Below are positions 44,208 to 55,778 of a DNA stretch of 64,000 bases, piece after piece. The position numbers and the translations under genes were made by a program. This DNA comes from Candidatus Eiseniibacteriota bacterium (GTDB lineage Bacteria; Eisenbacteria; RBG-16-71-46): contig OY970178.1 of the NCBI GenBank assembly GCA_963707915.1, positions 2,368,001-2,432,000 on the forward strand, in the 5' to 3' direction. The notes beneath the pieces were generated by a model. It searched no databases and was not told the origin of the DNA. It saw only the letters and a program-made list of their open reading frames with translations. Every line of letters begins with the position of its first letter. The stretch's first letter is position 1.

Positions 44208-45433
44208 CGCGACCGGTCCCGGCCGCCGGTCGACGGCGCGCGCCGCGGGGCCGCCGGCACGCGCCTCCCGGCCCAGCGCGCCACCCGACCGACCGCCACC
44301 AGGTAGAGCAGGCCCGCCGCCAGCCAGAGGAGGAGCGAGCGGGCCCAGTCGACGGAAGCCGCCGGCTCGGGCGAGCCGTCGGTGCGGAACACCGGGTTCA
44401 GGTAGAGCGTGTTGCCGGCGCCCGTCACCTGGACGCGGATGTACGCGTCGTCGCCCGCGAACTCGTACGACGCCGCGGCCGTGTCCCTCGCGGCCGCCCT
44501 CACGGCCCCGCCCCGGCCGATGAACTCGATCCGGCGGGCGACGGTGTCCAGCGCCACCGTGACCCTCGTCCCCGCCGTCGTGACGGAGCGGAGCCGGAGG
44601 GACATCGCCCCTCCGCGGCCCGCCACGCCGTAGGTGCGGCCCTCCTGCAGGGCCCGCACGACGTCGTCGGTGCGGAGCGAGCGGGCGTTCACCATCGTCC
44701 AGTAGACCCCGGTCTCGCGGGCGTCGCGGGCATCGTGCGAGTCGTCGTCCCCGAGGATCCACGCCCGGCGTCCCGCGCCGAGCGCGGCGTCCCAGTGGCC
44801 GAAGGACCGCCGGAAGTGGTTCAGCACCTCGACCAGGGTGATCCCGGTCAGCGACCGCATGTCGCCGATGGAGAAGCCGCCGCGGAACGACGGGTGGTTC
44901 AACGCGACCGCGACGCCCGGCCGGGACAGGTGGTCCAGCACGAACTGCTTCTGGTGGACGTTCTGCGGGAGCACGTAGTCCAGCCAGGAGACCGCACGCG
45001 CGCCGATCACCAGGTGATGGGTCTTCATGACGTTGTACCCGTGCTCGTAGACCGGGACGACGCCGGCGCGCTCCGGGCCGGCCCGGCCGAGGGCCTGGTA
45101 GTCGGAGACGCCGATGAGGTCGTAGCCCATGGACCGGTAGGCCGCCTCGACGTCCTCCCGCCGGTCCTTCGCGTTCGTCGCGCCGCCCCACGCGATGGAG
45201 TGGGCGTGGAAGTTCGCCTTGTACCACGTCCCGGTCGCGGCGCGGTACGGGTTGAAGAGGGAGTCGCCGTGGAAGGGCGCCGGGGGCGGGAACCGGTAGA
45301 CCGGGTAGGCCGCCAGCCAGAAGCCGGACACCGTCAGCAGGGCGACCGCCGCTCCCGCGAGGGCGACCCGCGCGAACGAGCGGCGCCCCGCCGGCACGGC
45401 GCGGACGGCCGGGCCGCCGCCGCGCTCAGGCAT
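44204..45433 (-). CDS. Membrane-anchored PHP-family metallohydrolase
   Basis: YKANFHAHS, SDY, NHP and GDDDSHD metal motifs; N- and C-terminal TM helices. Confidence 0.8.
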   Translation of the reverse strand: MPERGGGPAVRAVPAGRRSFARVALAGAAVALLTVSGFWLAAYPVYRFPPPAPFHGDSLFNPYRAATGTWYKANFHAHSIAWGGATNAKDRREDVEAAYRSMGYDLIGVSDYQALGRAGPERAGVVPVYEHGYNVMKTHHLVIGARAVSWLDYVLPQNVHQKQFVLDHLSRPGVAVALNHPSFRGGFSIGDMRSLTGITLVEVLNHFRRSFGHWDAALGAGRRAWILGDDDSHDARDARETGVYWTMVNARSLRTDDVVRALQEGRTYGVAGRGGAMSLRLRSVTTAGTRVTVALDTVARRIEFIGRGGAVRAAARDTAAASYEFAGDDAYIRVQVTGAGNTLYLNPVFRTDGSPEPAASVDWARSLLLWLAAGLLYLVAVGRVARWAGRRVPAAPRRAPSTGGRDRSR

Positions 45434-46436
45434 CGAGATGCCGCAGCACGTCGCCCACGCGGATGCCGTCCTCCAGCCCGCACCGTCCGTGCCGGGCGTC
45501 GCAGTGTGCGCTGCAGTACTCCTCCGGGACGTCGAGGTTGACCGCCATCGGGCCCAGCGCGCCCCAGCGCGCCGCGCGGAAGAGCGGGCGCCGGCAGAAG
45601 AGGCCCACGGTCCGGATGCCCAGGCCGCTGGCCAGATGGAGCGGCCCGGTCGACGAGGCCACCAGCGCGTGGCTGGCGGCGATGACGCCGATCAGCCGGC
45701 GCAGGTCCCCCACCTCGGCCGTGACGTCGTGCACCCGCGCGTCCCCCAGGCCGGCGAGCCGGCGGCGGAACCGGTCGCTCATGTCCAGGTCGGTGAGCAG
45801 GACGTGGACGCGTCGCCGCGCGTCCTTCGCCAGGATCGCGACGACCAGTTCCAGGTACCTCTCCTCGCTCCAGTTCGGCGACGTGTTGCGGCACCCGGAA
45901 TGCACCACGACGACGCGGGACCCGTCCGGGATGCCGAGCCGCCCGAAGCACTCCCGGGCCCACGCGCGCTCCGGCGGGCTGACGTAGAGCTCCGGCGTCA
46001 GGTCGTCGGTGGCCACGCCGATGGCGCGCGCGAGCTGCATGCAGTACTGCGCCTCGTGCCGCGGCGGATCGTAGTCGCGGACCACCGTGCGCATGAAGGT
46101 GATCACCTCGTAGAGCTTGTGGCCGACCCCGATCCGGCGCGGGATGCCCGCGAGGAACAGCTGGTACGCGGCGCGCTTCGCCGGCCAGACCATCAGCGCG
46201 TCGGTGAACCGGTGCCGGCGGATCGCCTGCACGGTGCTCCAGAACGTCCCGCGGCCCAGGTCGTCGACGATCAGCGCGTCCAGGTGCGGATTGTGATGGA
46301 GCACCGCCGCGGACCCGCCGTTCGTCAGCGCCCCGAGGAACGCGCCCGGGAAGGTCCGCTTCAGCTCCCGCAGCATGGGGGTGATCATCACCACGTCGCC
46401 GACCCGGTCCGTGCGCACGACCAGGATGCGCCTCAT
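45426..46436 (-). CDS. GT9 family (heptosyltransferase-like) glycosyltransferase
   Basis: RILVVRTDRVGDVV, STGPLHLASGLG, C-terminal Cys cluster. Confidence 0.9.
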   Translation of the reverse strand: MRRILVVRTDRVGDVVMITPMLRELKRTFPGAFLGALTNGGSAAVLHHNPHLDALIVDDLGRGTFWSTVQAIRRHRFTDALMVWPAKRAAYQLFLAGIPRRIGVGHKLYEVITFMRTVVRDYDPPRHEAQYCMQLARAIGVATDDLTPELYVSPPERAWARECFGRLGIPDGSRVVVVHSGCRNTSPNWSEERYLELVVAILAKDARRRVHVLLTDLDMSDRFRRRLAGLGDARVHDVTAEVGDLRRLIGVIAASHALVASSTGPLHLASGLGIRTVGLFCRRPLFRAARWGALGPMAVNLDVPEEYCSAHCDARHGRCGLEDGIRVGDVLRHLDA

Positions 46437-48232
46437 TCGCGCGGGCGCTCCGGTCGCGCGGCCCGCCGACGTTCGATCTCCTGCAGGATGACGGGACCCT
46501 CGGGGTTGGCCGGATCGCGCCGGCGCAACTCCAGCGCCGCGCGCTGCGCCTCGTCCAGGTCGCCGAGACGCAGCGAGACGACGCCGTAGCCCTGCCAGGC
46601 GATGACGACCGCCGGGTCCCGGGCGATGGCGCGCAGGTAGATCCGTTGCGCCGCCCGCGCGTCGCCGCGCATGGTCTCCGCCATCGCCCACTTCACCAGC
46701 ACGCGCGCGCTCGGCTGCGTCTCGGCGGCCCGCGCGAACGCCCGCGCCGATTCCTCCCAGCGTTCGCGGTTGAAGTTCCGCACGCCCACGTAGTCCCAGG
46801 TCTTGCCGCGCTCCTCGGGGCTGCGCGCGGGCGGCCCGTCCATCAGCGCCGCGACGCGGGCGAGCCCGCGGTCCACGTCGGTCTGGTGCGCGAGCCACTG
46901 CACGCTGGGCATCGCCGCCGCGAGCACCACGCCGACGCCGACCCAGGCGAACGCGGGCGCGCGCCGCAGCGTCTCGCCCGCGAGCCACGCCGCCAGCAGC
47001 GCCACGACGATGCCCGCCCCCGAGAGCGTGTCGGTGTCGCGGTACACGCCCTGGCCCGGATGGACGAAGAGCAGCAGGCCGAGGAACGGGACGGCGAGCG
47101 TGACGAGCAACGCGGCCTCGCGCCCGCGCGGGAGGCGGCGGCCCCAGGCCAGCGCGACCAGCAGCAGGACCGGCGCCAGCGGCGCGAGCAGCACCACGAC
47201 GTTGGGCAGGTCCACGGCCCGCGACCCGGCGAACATCGCGGCGAACAGCCCGCCCTGCGCCCGCACCTCGGGCGATGCGAGGTGCATCCCGGGGTCGAAG
47301 CCCGCGAACGTCCCGACGATGCGGCCCAGCGTGAAGAGGAACGCCAGCACCGGCAGGCCCGCCGCCACCCACGTCTCCGGGTCGCGCAGCAGGGCGGGCC
47401 GCGCGTGCAGCGCGAGCGCGAACGCCAGCAGCACCGCCGGGACGAAGCCCACCACCGAGCGGTGCAGGAACGCGCCCAGCGCGAGCGTCACGCCGAGCGC
47501 GAGCAATCCGCGCCGGGAGCCGGTCGCGCTCGGCTCGCACACCGCGCGCAGGCCGAACGTGGCCACCGCCACCGCCACCAGCACCATCTCGCCGTTGAAC
47601 TTGCTGTAGCCGGTGAAGAGGCCGAGGTGGCCGCCGAAGAACACCGCGGCGGCGACGGCCAGCGCGCCGGTGCCGCGCAGCGCCAGCGCGCGCGCGTAGG
47701 CGAGCGCGAGCAGGGCGAGCAGGCCGGCCTCGACCGCGCCCACGGCCCGCGGCAGCCAGTTCACGTCGAGCCGGCCCGCGCCCATGATCAGGGTCGGCAG
47801 GTCCACGTGGAGGAACACGTCGAGGGGCATCGCCTGCGGGAAGATCGCGGCCGCGAGGCCGCCCTCGTCGATGGCGCCCTGGCGCAGCTGGAAATCGCCG
47901 ATGAAGTGCACGCGATCCGGCAGGGCGAACACCAGGAGCGCCCCGGCCGCGGCCGCCGCCAGCGCGGCCACCCAGGAGCCGCGCGCGATCGCCTCGCCGG
48001 CGCGCCGGAACGCCGGTTCCGCGCGGCGCGCGAGCGGCGGCACCAGCGCGAGCGCGGCCAGCGCCCACGGCACCCAGGCCCACCACGGCGGCAGGAAGCG
48101 CTGCAGGTTGAGGCCCCAACCGACCATGCCCGGCACGAAGACCAGGGCCGCGCGGGCCAGCGCCAGCAGGGCCAGGGTCGCCCAGAGCGCCAGCGCCGCG
48201 CGCCGCGGCGCGGGGTCGGGCGCGTGCCCCAT
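46433..48232 (-). CDS. Polytopic membrane protein with C-terminal TPR-like repeats
   Basis: About 12 hydrophobic segments, HFIGD and RDTD loops, TPR-like tail; ATGA overlap with GT9. Confidence 0.7.
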   Translation of the reverse strand: MGHAPDPAPRRAALALWATLALLALARAALVFVPGMVGWGLNLQRFLPPWWAWVPWALAALALVPPLARRAEPAFRRAGEAIARGSWVAALAAAAAGALLVFALPDRVHFIGDFQLRQGAIDEGGLAAAIFPQAMPLDVFLHVDLPTLIMGAGRLDVNWLPRAVGAVEAGLLALLALAYARALALRGTGALAVAAAVFFGGHLGLFTGYSKFNGEMVLVAVAVATFGLRAVCEPSATGSRRGLLALGVTLALGAFLHRSVVGFVPAVLLAFALALHARPALLRDPETWVAAGLPVLAFLFTLGRIVGTFAGFDPGMHLASPEVRAQGGLFAAMFAGSRAVDLPNVVVLLAPLAPVLLLVALAWGRRLPRGREAALLVTLAVPFLGLLLFVHPGQGVYRDTDTLSGAGIVVALLAAWLAGETLRRAPAFAWVGVGVVLAAAMPSVQWLAHQTDVDRGLARVAALMDGPPARSPEERGKTWDYVGVRNFNRERWEESARAFARAAETQPSARVLVKWAMAETMRGDARAAQRIYLRAIARDPAVVIAWQGYGVVSLRLGDLDEAQRAALELRRRDPANPEGPVILQEIERRRAARPERPRE

Positions 48233-48347
48233 CACGCCGTGCGGGCGCGCGGCGGACGGCCGGGCCTCGCGCGCCTCCGGGCGTCGGGGCGCCGGGCGAG
48301 CGTCCCGGTGCCGCGGCGCGCCGGGCCCGTCCGCCGGGCGCCCCGGC

Positions 48348-50782
48348 CTACGGCGTCTCATCTTCGTCCGTCCAGTAGAGCAGGGCGCCCGGCGCGGGCA
48401 TGCGCGTCGCGTCGCTCCACGCCGCGCCCACGCTCCGCCCGATCCACCGCTGCAGCAGGCCCGGGCCCGGCCGGCGGTACTCCAGCAGGCGGATCCGGGC
48501 GCCCGGCGGGACGCGCGCCCGGCGCCGCGCCTCGGCCACGGCGTCCTCGAGCCCGCCGACCTGGTCCACCAGCCGGCGCTCGAGCGCGTCCTCGCCCATC
48601 CAGACGCGCCCCTGGGCCACCGCGTGGACCTGGTCCCGGGTCATGCCGCGCCCGGCGGCGACCCGCTCGACGAAGCGTTCGTAGAAGCGCAGCGTGGCCG
48701 AGTCGGCGACCGCCTGGTCCGCGGCGGTCCAGTCGCGGCTGGTGGACCAGCCGTGCATCCACGCCCCGCGCTCGAAGTCGTCCTGCCGCACCCCGTGTCT
48801 CGCGTACCACTGTTCGAACGAGGGCTTGAGGCTCACCACGCCGATCGAGCCGGTGCGGGTGAAGCGATCGGCGTAGATCCGGTCCGCGCCGATCGAGACG
48901 TAGTAGCCGCCGCTCCCCGCCACGCTCCCCATCGAGACGATGAACGGCTTCCTCGTCTCCCGCTTGAGCCGCAGCGTGGCGTGATGGATCAGGTCCGAGG
49001 CCAGCGCCGAGCCGCCCGGGCTCTCGACGCGCAGCACCACCGCCTTCACGCCGGGATGCGCGAAGGCGCGCTCGAGTTGGGCGATCACGGTCTCCGAGCC
49101 CATCGACGGCCCCAGCAGCAGGTCGCCGCCGCTGCGGCCGGTCTCGATGCCGCCGCTGGCGTAGACCACCGCCACCGGGGCGGGCACGGTCCACTCGCGC
49201 CGCGCCGCGGGCCGGCGGTCGAGCCGCACCTGGCGCGGCTTCTCCCCCAGCCCGCACAGGCGGCCCAGCACGGCCAGCGCGTCCTCGCGATAGCCGGCCG
49301 AGTCGATCAGGCCGGCCTGCTGCAGGTCCTCCGCGCGCCACGGGCGGCCGTCGAGCAGCGTGAGCAGCCGGTCGCGATCCATACCGCGGTCCGCGGCGAG
49401 CGCCGAGACCAGCAGTTCCTGGCTCACGTCGAGCTGGCGCTCGATGGCCTCGCGATCGGCGTCGCTGGTGGAGTCCACGCTGTAGTTGCGGAACGCCGAC
49501 TTGTACCTGCCGTAGGAGGTCCGCTCCACGCGGACGCCCCAGCCGGCGAGCAGGCCGCGGTAGTAGCGCAGCTCGCCGCGCAGTCCGAGCGGGGCCGGCT
49601 CGGCCTCGGGCGCCATCACGATGCGGTCGCAGGCCCCGGCGAGGTAGAGGTCGGCGCGCCCGCCGCCGTATTCCATGAACGCGACCACCGGCTTGCCCGC
49701 CGCGCGCAGCCGGGCCAGCCGCGGCCGCAGCTCCTCGATCTGCGCCATGTTGCCGACGCCGCGCAGGTCGAGGAACACGCCGCGCGTGAGCGGATCGTCG
49801 AGCGCCCGTCGCAACTGGTCGTGCAGCGGCCGCACCGGCGTGAGGTCGCTGCCCCCCAGCAGCGAGAAGCCCGAGAGCGCGTCGTCGCCCAGCCGGCCGG
49901 CGGCGCGCACCACGGCCACGCGACGCTCGGCGCGGCCGGCCAGCACGGTGCGCTCCTCGCCCGAGTGGAGCGAGACGGCGTAGCTGTCGTACCGGCGGCG
50001 GCCGGCCACCGAGGCGCGCTGCGCGGCGACGGCGGCGTTCACCCCGCGCAGCGTCACGCCCAGGTGCAGCCCGCGCCGGTCACCGACCGTGGCGCGCAGC
50101 AGCACGCCGGGCAGCGCCTCCAACTCGCCGCCGAAGCGCACCCGCGCCTGCTCCGGCCGCCCGACCTCGGCCAGGACGACGTCGGAGGTGAGCGTGAGCC
50201 GCGTGCCCCAACCGTGCGCCCGGGCGGGTTCCAGCGCGAACGGGCGCAGGCCGAGCGCGAGCGTGTACTCGCGGGGCAGCGCCCCGCCGGCCACGACCGG
50301 CCGGCCGAGGTGGTCGGCCACGCCACCGAGCGAGAGCCAGGGCACGGGCCGCGAGAGCAGCCCGACGCGCTGGTCGACGACCGCCTCGTGGGTGCGCGGG
50401 TCCACCCGCCACTCGATCGCCTGGCCCCAGCGCAGCGCGTCGCCGCCCGCCGCCAGCGTGAAGCCGTAGCGCTGCGGCCCGTCCGTCACGTGCTCGCCCT
50501 GCAGCGCGAAGCCCCCGAGCCCGACCGCCCAGCGCTGGGTCCGGGCACCGTCCTCGAAGGCGGCCGCGGCGCCGAACAGCTCGACCGGGTGGCGCAGGCC
50601 GAGCCCGGCCGGGTTGACGAACACCGCCGGGGCGCCCTCGGCGTAGGCCGCGCTCTCGTTGCCGGTGAGCAGGAGCGGCTCCACCGGTGCCTGCGCCCCG
50701 GCGGCGGACGGGCCGCCGCACGCGGCCAGCGCCAGCGCCGCGGCCAGGCATCGCAGCGAGCCGGGTCCGGAGCGTCGGGAGG

Positions 50783-50786
<4 letters not shown>
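48348..50786 (-). CDS. sppA: Signal peptide peptidase SppA (S49, two domains) with an extra N-terminal beta-rich domain
   Basis: GRYKSA, VLRVESPGGS, SMGSVAGSGGYY, TGSIGV, AQGRVWMG; GTGA overlap with the nth stop. Confidence 0.9.
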
Positions 50787-51703
<917 letters not shown>

Positions 51704-51748
51704 GGTACGGCGAGACTAGCCCGGTCCATTCACGAACCGCAAGGAGAA

Positions 51749-51790
51749 CGGACCGGCGCCCGGGCAGGTCACCGCCCGGGCGCCGGTCCG
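51749..51790 (-). terminator. Intrinsic terminator downstream of the beta-barrel gene
   Basis: Perfect 17-bp stem, 8-nt loop, followed on the minus strand by TTCTCCTT. Confidence 0.75.
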
Positions 51791-51809
51791 CTCCCTGCCC
51801 GCTGCGCGC

Positions 51810-52631
51810 TCAGAACCCCCAGCTGATCCCGAAGCGCATGCCGAGCCCGTTCATCTGGACCACGTCGCGCACGGTCGCGGGGCCATACCCGACGATGTCC
51901 ACGTCCACGTCGCTGCCGACCTCGGAACCGTTGTAGAACACCTCGCCGTTGAGGCGCGTCCGGCCGTCGAGCGGGAGCCCGACGCCGCCCCAGGCCTGCC
52001 AGCCCATGCCCCCGAAGGTCTGGCTGAACGACTCGCGGGTCACGTAGTCGTCGGCCGAGATGAAGAGCCATTCGTAGCCGATCCCGAACCCGCCGTACGG
52101 GATGACCGGCATGTTCTCGTCGCCGCTGACCTGGACGAACGCCAGGATCGGCATCAGGTCAGCGCTGGCCTTGGACAGGATGAGCTGCTCGTGGCCGGTG
52201 CCGCTCGGCAGGGAGAACTCGCCGAGGTTCAGGGTCGACTTCTCGGAGCGGTGCCACCAGTCCACGGCCACGCCGAGCTGCACGTGGGGGTCCACCTGCG
52301 GGCCCATGCGGAACCCGCCCACCAGGCCGCTGGAGAAGTTGTCGCTCGGATCGAAGAAGCCGACGTGCACCTGCGTCGTGGTCGGCATCACCGAGGCGCG
52401 CGAGCGGTAGGCGCGCGGGCGATAGCCGACCCCGCCGACGAACGGGCTCGAGAGCGCGAGCGTCGGCGGCGTGCCGGCCGGCGCCGCGACGACGGTGGCG
52501 GGCGTGACGCTCACCAGCGGCATCGCGAAGGAGGAAGTCTCGAGGAGGCTTCCGGAAGCGCCGGGGCTCGCCGCGGCGGTGACCGGGAGCAGCGTGGCCA
52601 CCAGTGCTGCCTTCCACAGGTAGGTGCGCAT
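51810..52631 (-). CDS. Outer-membrane beta-barrel protein
   Basis: GGAGG RBS, Sec signal, IPYGGFGIGY, terminal GISWGF. Confidence 0.8.
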   Translation of the reverse strand: MRTYLWKAALVATLLPVTAAASPGASGSLLETSSFAMPLVSVTPATVVAAPAGTPPTLALSSPFVGGVGYRPRAYRSRASVMPTTTQVHVGFFDPSDNFSSGLVGGFRMGPQVDPHVQLGVAVDWWHRSEKSTLNLGEFSLPSGTGHEQLILSKASADLMPILAFVQVSGDENMPVIPYGGFGIGYEWLFISADDYVTRESFSQTFGGMGWQAWGGVGLPLDGRTRLNGEVFYNGSEVGSDVDVDIVGYGPATVRDVVQMNGLGMRFGISWGF

Positions 52632-52688
52632 GTCGGATACCCTCCGTGCTGGTTGAGGCTCGGGCCGGGGATGACTCCGTGGCTTTCT

Positions 52689-52705
52689 CGCACGACCCGT
52701 GCCGG
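52689..52705 (-). promoter_or_regulatory. Candidate sigma-54 (-24/-12) promoter
   Basis: CCGGCACGGGTCGTGCG (GG-N10-GC) about 60 nt upstream of ATG 52631. Confidence 0.4.
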
Positions 52706-52849
52706 ACCGTCCCTTGCATCCTGCCCCCCCAGAATAGCCCTTTCCGGCGCAAAGGCACGCACGGAGGCCGGCCCTGGAGCCGGCCTCCGTGGCGGGCCGG
52801 TCGCGCGGTGTTGCGGCCCCGCCGCACCACGGGTAGCTTCGGAGGCCGC

Positions 52850-53710
52850 ATGCCCACCCCGTCCGCCGTCCTGACCGTGATCGCGCTGGCCGCCGCCGTC
52901 GCCGCCGGCCCCGCGCCCGTCTCCCCCGCCCGCTCCCCCGGCCCCACGCTCGCGGCCGAGGACACCATGTACACCGAGGTGCCGCCCGTGCTGGTGAGCG
53001 CGCCGCGGGTCACGCTCGACGAGATCCTCGGGCGCGTGGCTCGCGGCGAGCGCCGCCGCGACTCGCTCATGACCGATCAGAGCGTGCTCGTCACTTCGCG
53101 ACTGGTGCGCAACGCCGACTCGAAGCGGCCGGCCGAGCTGCTGGTCGAGACGGTCCTGCGCGTCTACAAGAAGAAGCCCGACCGGGTGCGCACCCAGGTG
53201 CTCCGCGACTACCGGGCCCGCGACGAGAAGAAGAAGCGCGCCGGGGTGCAGGTGAACCTGCGCGCGCGCGCCGGGATGGACGAGGAGGTCGTGAACTTCG
53301 CCTTCCGTCCCGAGGCCCGGCGCCAGTACCGGTACCGCATCCTCGGGCGCGAACTGGTCGGCGGGCACCTGGTCTACCGCATCGCCTTCGAGCCCCGCTC
53401 GCTGCTCGACGCCTCGGAGCCGCGGGGCGTCGTCTGGGTCGACACCAACGACTTCGTCATCGTGCACCAGGAGCTGAGCTTCGACCGCTCGCCGGCCGCA
53501 CCCCTCATCAAGAACGTGAACCGCGTCGTGATCGAGCGGCAGAACGTGGACGGCTGCTGGGTGCTGAAGCGCGTGCTGCTGCGCGCGGAGGCCACGATCC
53601 CGCTGCCCCAGGTGGGCAGGAGCTTCGACTTCTCCCTGCGCTTCGACGACTACGCCATCAACCGGGGCCTGCCCGATTCGCTCTTCAGCGGACCCGCGGA
53701 GGTAGAGTGA
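52850..53710 (+). CDS. Exported protein resembling the periplasmic part of DUF5686-type proteins
   Basis: Signal peptide; YRYRILG...VYRIAFEPR...GVVWVDTNDF...FDDYAINRGLPDSLF. Confidence 0.68.
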   Translation: MPTPSAVLTVIALAAAVAAGPAPVSPARSPGPTLAAEDTMYTEVPPVLVSAPRVTLDEILGRVARGERRRDSLMTDQSVLVTSRLVRNADSKRPAELLVETVLRVYKKKPDRVRTQVLRDYRARDEKKKRAGVQVNLRARAGMDEEVVNFAFRPEARRQYRYRILGRELVGGHLVYRIAFEPRSLLDASEPRGVVWVDTNDFVIVHQELSFDRSPAAPLIKNVNRVVIERQNVDGCWVLKRVLLRAEATIPLPQVGRSFDFSLRFDDYAINRGLPDSLFSGPAEVE

Positions 53711-55047
53711 TGGGAACCCGCCGCTTGCTCGCCATCGCCCTCGCGGCAGCGCTCGTCGCCACGCCGCGGCCCGCCGACGCGCAGGCGCCCGCCGCGCCCG
53801 ACACCAGCCTGGGCGGCTTCATCGAGGCCCTCTCCGACTCGGCCGACCGCTACTTCGGCCTCTCCGCCGCGCCGGTGGACACCGCGGGCCTCGACACCGT
53901 GCTGTTCGACAGCGGCACGCGCCCGCCGCGCCGGCTCGAGCTCGGCCTGGTGCCGACCTTCGACTTCAGCCGCGTCGACGGCGCGACGCCGGGCCTGATC
54001 GCCTCCCTCGGCGGCACCGCGCCCGAGCCGGGGCGCAACGGCTGGGGCCGGCTGCGCGGCGGGGTCTCGCGCGCGACCGGCCCGTGGGCCACGCTCGGCG
54101 GCGCCCGCTACACGAACCGTCTCTGGCTCGGCCGCCTGCCCTTCGACCTCGACCTTCGGGGCGGGCGGAAGACCGCGAGCCTCGACCGCGACGAGGACAA
54201 CGTGCTCGGCAAGCTGGGCGCGTTCTTCATGGGCAGCGACTGGGCGCAGTACTTCCGCAGCGAGGGCTTCGAGGGCTCGCTCGCGCACCGGCACGGCTGG
54301 TGGCAGGCGAGCGCGGGCTACCGCGACGCGCTCCAGTCGCCGCTGCTCACGACCACGGACTGGAACCTGCTCGACCGGGAACTCGCGCGTCCCGGGAACC
54401 TGGCCGCGGCGCGTGGCCGGGCGCGCGAGCTGGAGTACGCGGCGTCCGCGCACTGGCCGCGCCTGCCGTTGCGCACCGAGGTCGCCTACCTGACCGCGAG
54501 CCGGCGCCTGGGCGGCGACTTCGAGTACCGGCGGGTGCGCGCGGCCGCCGGCCTCGACGTGTCGCTGGGGCGCGTCGCCTCGCTCGTGCCCCAGGTCGCC
54601 TGGGGCCGCCTCACCGGCGACGAGGTCCCGCAGGCCTCGTTCTACCTCGGCGGCGCCGGCATGCTCCACAGCCTGCCCCGCGACCAGGTCGGCGGCACGG
54701 GCATGGCGATCGCGAAGCTGGACCTGATCGGCGCGCAGGACCTGCTCGCGCTCCTGCACATCCCGCATCCGGCCGCGCTGCCGCTGCAGGGCGAGCTCTT
54801 CGCCGCCAGCGGCGCCATGTGGGGCCGCGACCCCTACAGCGGCACGGTCGTGCCCGGCGGCGACTGGCCCGACCGCCGGGGCTGGCGGAGCGAGGCGGGC
54901 GTGTCGCTGCTCTACGCCTCGGCGCTGTTCCCGGCCGTGCACCTCGCCTACGCCTGGCCCATCGGTCCGTACGGGGGCACGGGACGCTGGTCGGTGTCGT
55001 TCTCGCGGCCGCTCGACCTGCTGCACGCCGAGCCCGAGGAGCCGTAG
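53707..55047 (+). CDS. Outer-membrane beta-barrel protein (DUF5686/Omp85-like barrel)
   Basis: Signal peptide; FSRVDG, FYLGG..LHS, SEAGVSL, LAYAWP; overlaps the upstream stop (start may be ATG 53710). Confidence 0.65.
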   Translation: MMGTRRLLAIALAAALVATPRPADAQAPAAPDTSLGGFIEALSDSADRYFGLSAAPVDTAGLDTVLFDSGTRPPRRLELGLVPTFDFSRVDGATPGLIASLGGTAPEPGRNGWGRLRGGVSRATGPWATLGGARYTNRLWLGRLPFDLDLRGGRKTASLDRDEDNVLGKLGAFFMGSDWAQYFRSEGFEGSLAHRHGWWQASAGYRDALQSPLLTTTDWNLLDRELARPGNLAAARGRARELEYAASAHWPRLPLRTEVAYLTASRRLGGDFEYRRVRAAAGLDVSLGRVASLVPQVAWGRLTGDEVPQASFYLGGAGMLHSLPRDQVGGTGMAIAKLDLIGAQDLLALLHIPHPAALPLQGELFAASGAMWGRDPYSGTVVPGGDWPDRRGWRSEAGVSLLYASALFPAVHLAYAWPIGPYGGTGRWSVSFSRPLDLLHAEPEEP

Positions 55048-55189
55048 CAGGAAGCGGTCACGGACTTCCGCGGGCCGGACACGCCCGGCCCCCGGCGGAT
55101 CGCTCCGCGGGGGGCCTGGTCGTTCGGGGTTCGCCCTTCCGCTCACCCCGGCGTCGCGCCGGCCGACGCGCCGAACGCCGACCCCGGTC

Positions 55190-55513
55190 TCAGATCACGC
55201 GGCGGTTGTGGCGCAGCTGCCAGATCCTGGCGTCCTGCCGGTCGAGCGCGCGGTGGATCCTCGCGCGCTCGCGCGGCCCGACGCGGCCGTCCGCCCGGGC
55301 CCGCAGCTCCATCCGGCGCACGTGGCGCTCGCCCATGCGCAGGCGGCACGCCTCGCGCGGCGTGAGCTGGCCGGCACGCACGCCCTCGCGGATGCGAAGT
55401 TCCTGCCGCGCGACGCGGCGCGCGGGGCGGTACGGACCGGGCTGTGCCGCGGCGATCCCGGCGACCGAGACCGTGAGCGCGATCGCCATGATCAGCATCG
55501 TGAAGCGTTTCAT
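55190..55513 (-). CDS. Small secreted Arg-rich helical protein
   Basis: AGGGAGG RBS; MKRF signal peptide; RQELRIREGVRAGQLTPREA and ADGRVGPRER repeat units. Confidence 0.8.
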   Translation of the reverse strand: MKRFTMLIMAIALTVSVAGIAAAQPGPYRPARRVARQELRIREGVRAGQLTPREACRLRMGERHVRRMELRARADGRVGPRERARIHRALDRQDARIWQLRHNRRVI

Positions 55514-55778
55514 GATGTCCTCCCTGTTCGAGTGGGGCTCGTCCTGCGCGGGGAGCGCGCCGTCTGCCCCGCTGGAGAGCAGGGGGCGTGCCGCCAGGCG
55601 CGTCAGCGGCGAGACCGCGACGGCGCAACCGCTTGGCGGCTTCGCGCGGCCCCGGGCCGGCGTCACGCGCGCGCGCCCTGCCCCCCGCGGGTCAGTCGGC
55701 GCCGGCCGACGTGGCCGGCGCCGTACAGGAGGCCGTGAAGATGTCCGGGTTTCGTGCGCCCGCGGGCGCCGCCGCCGG

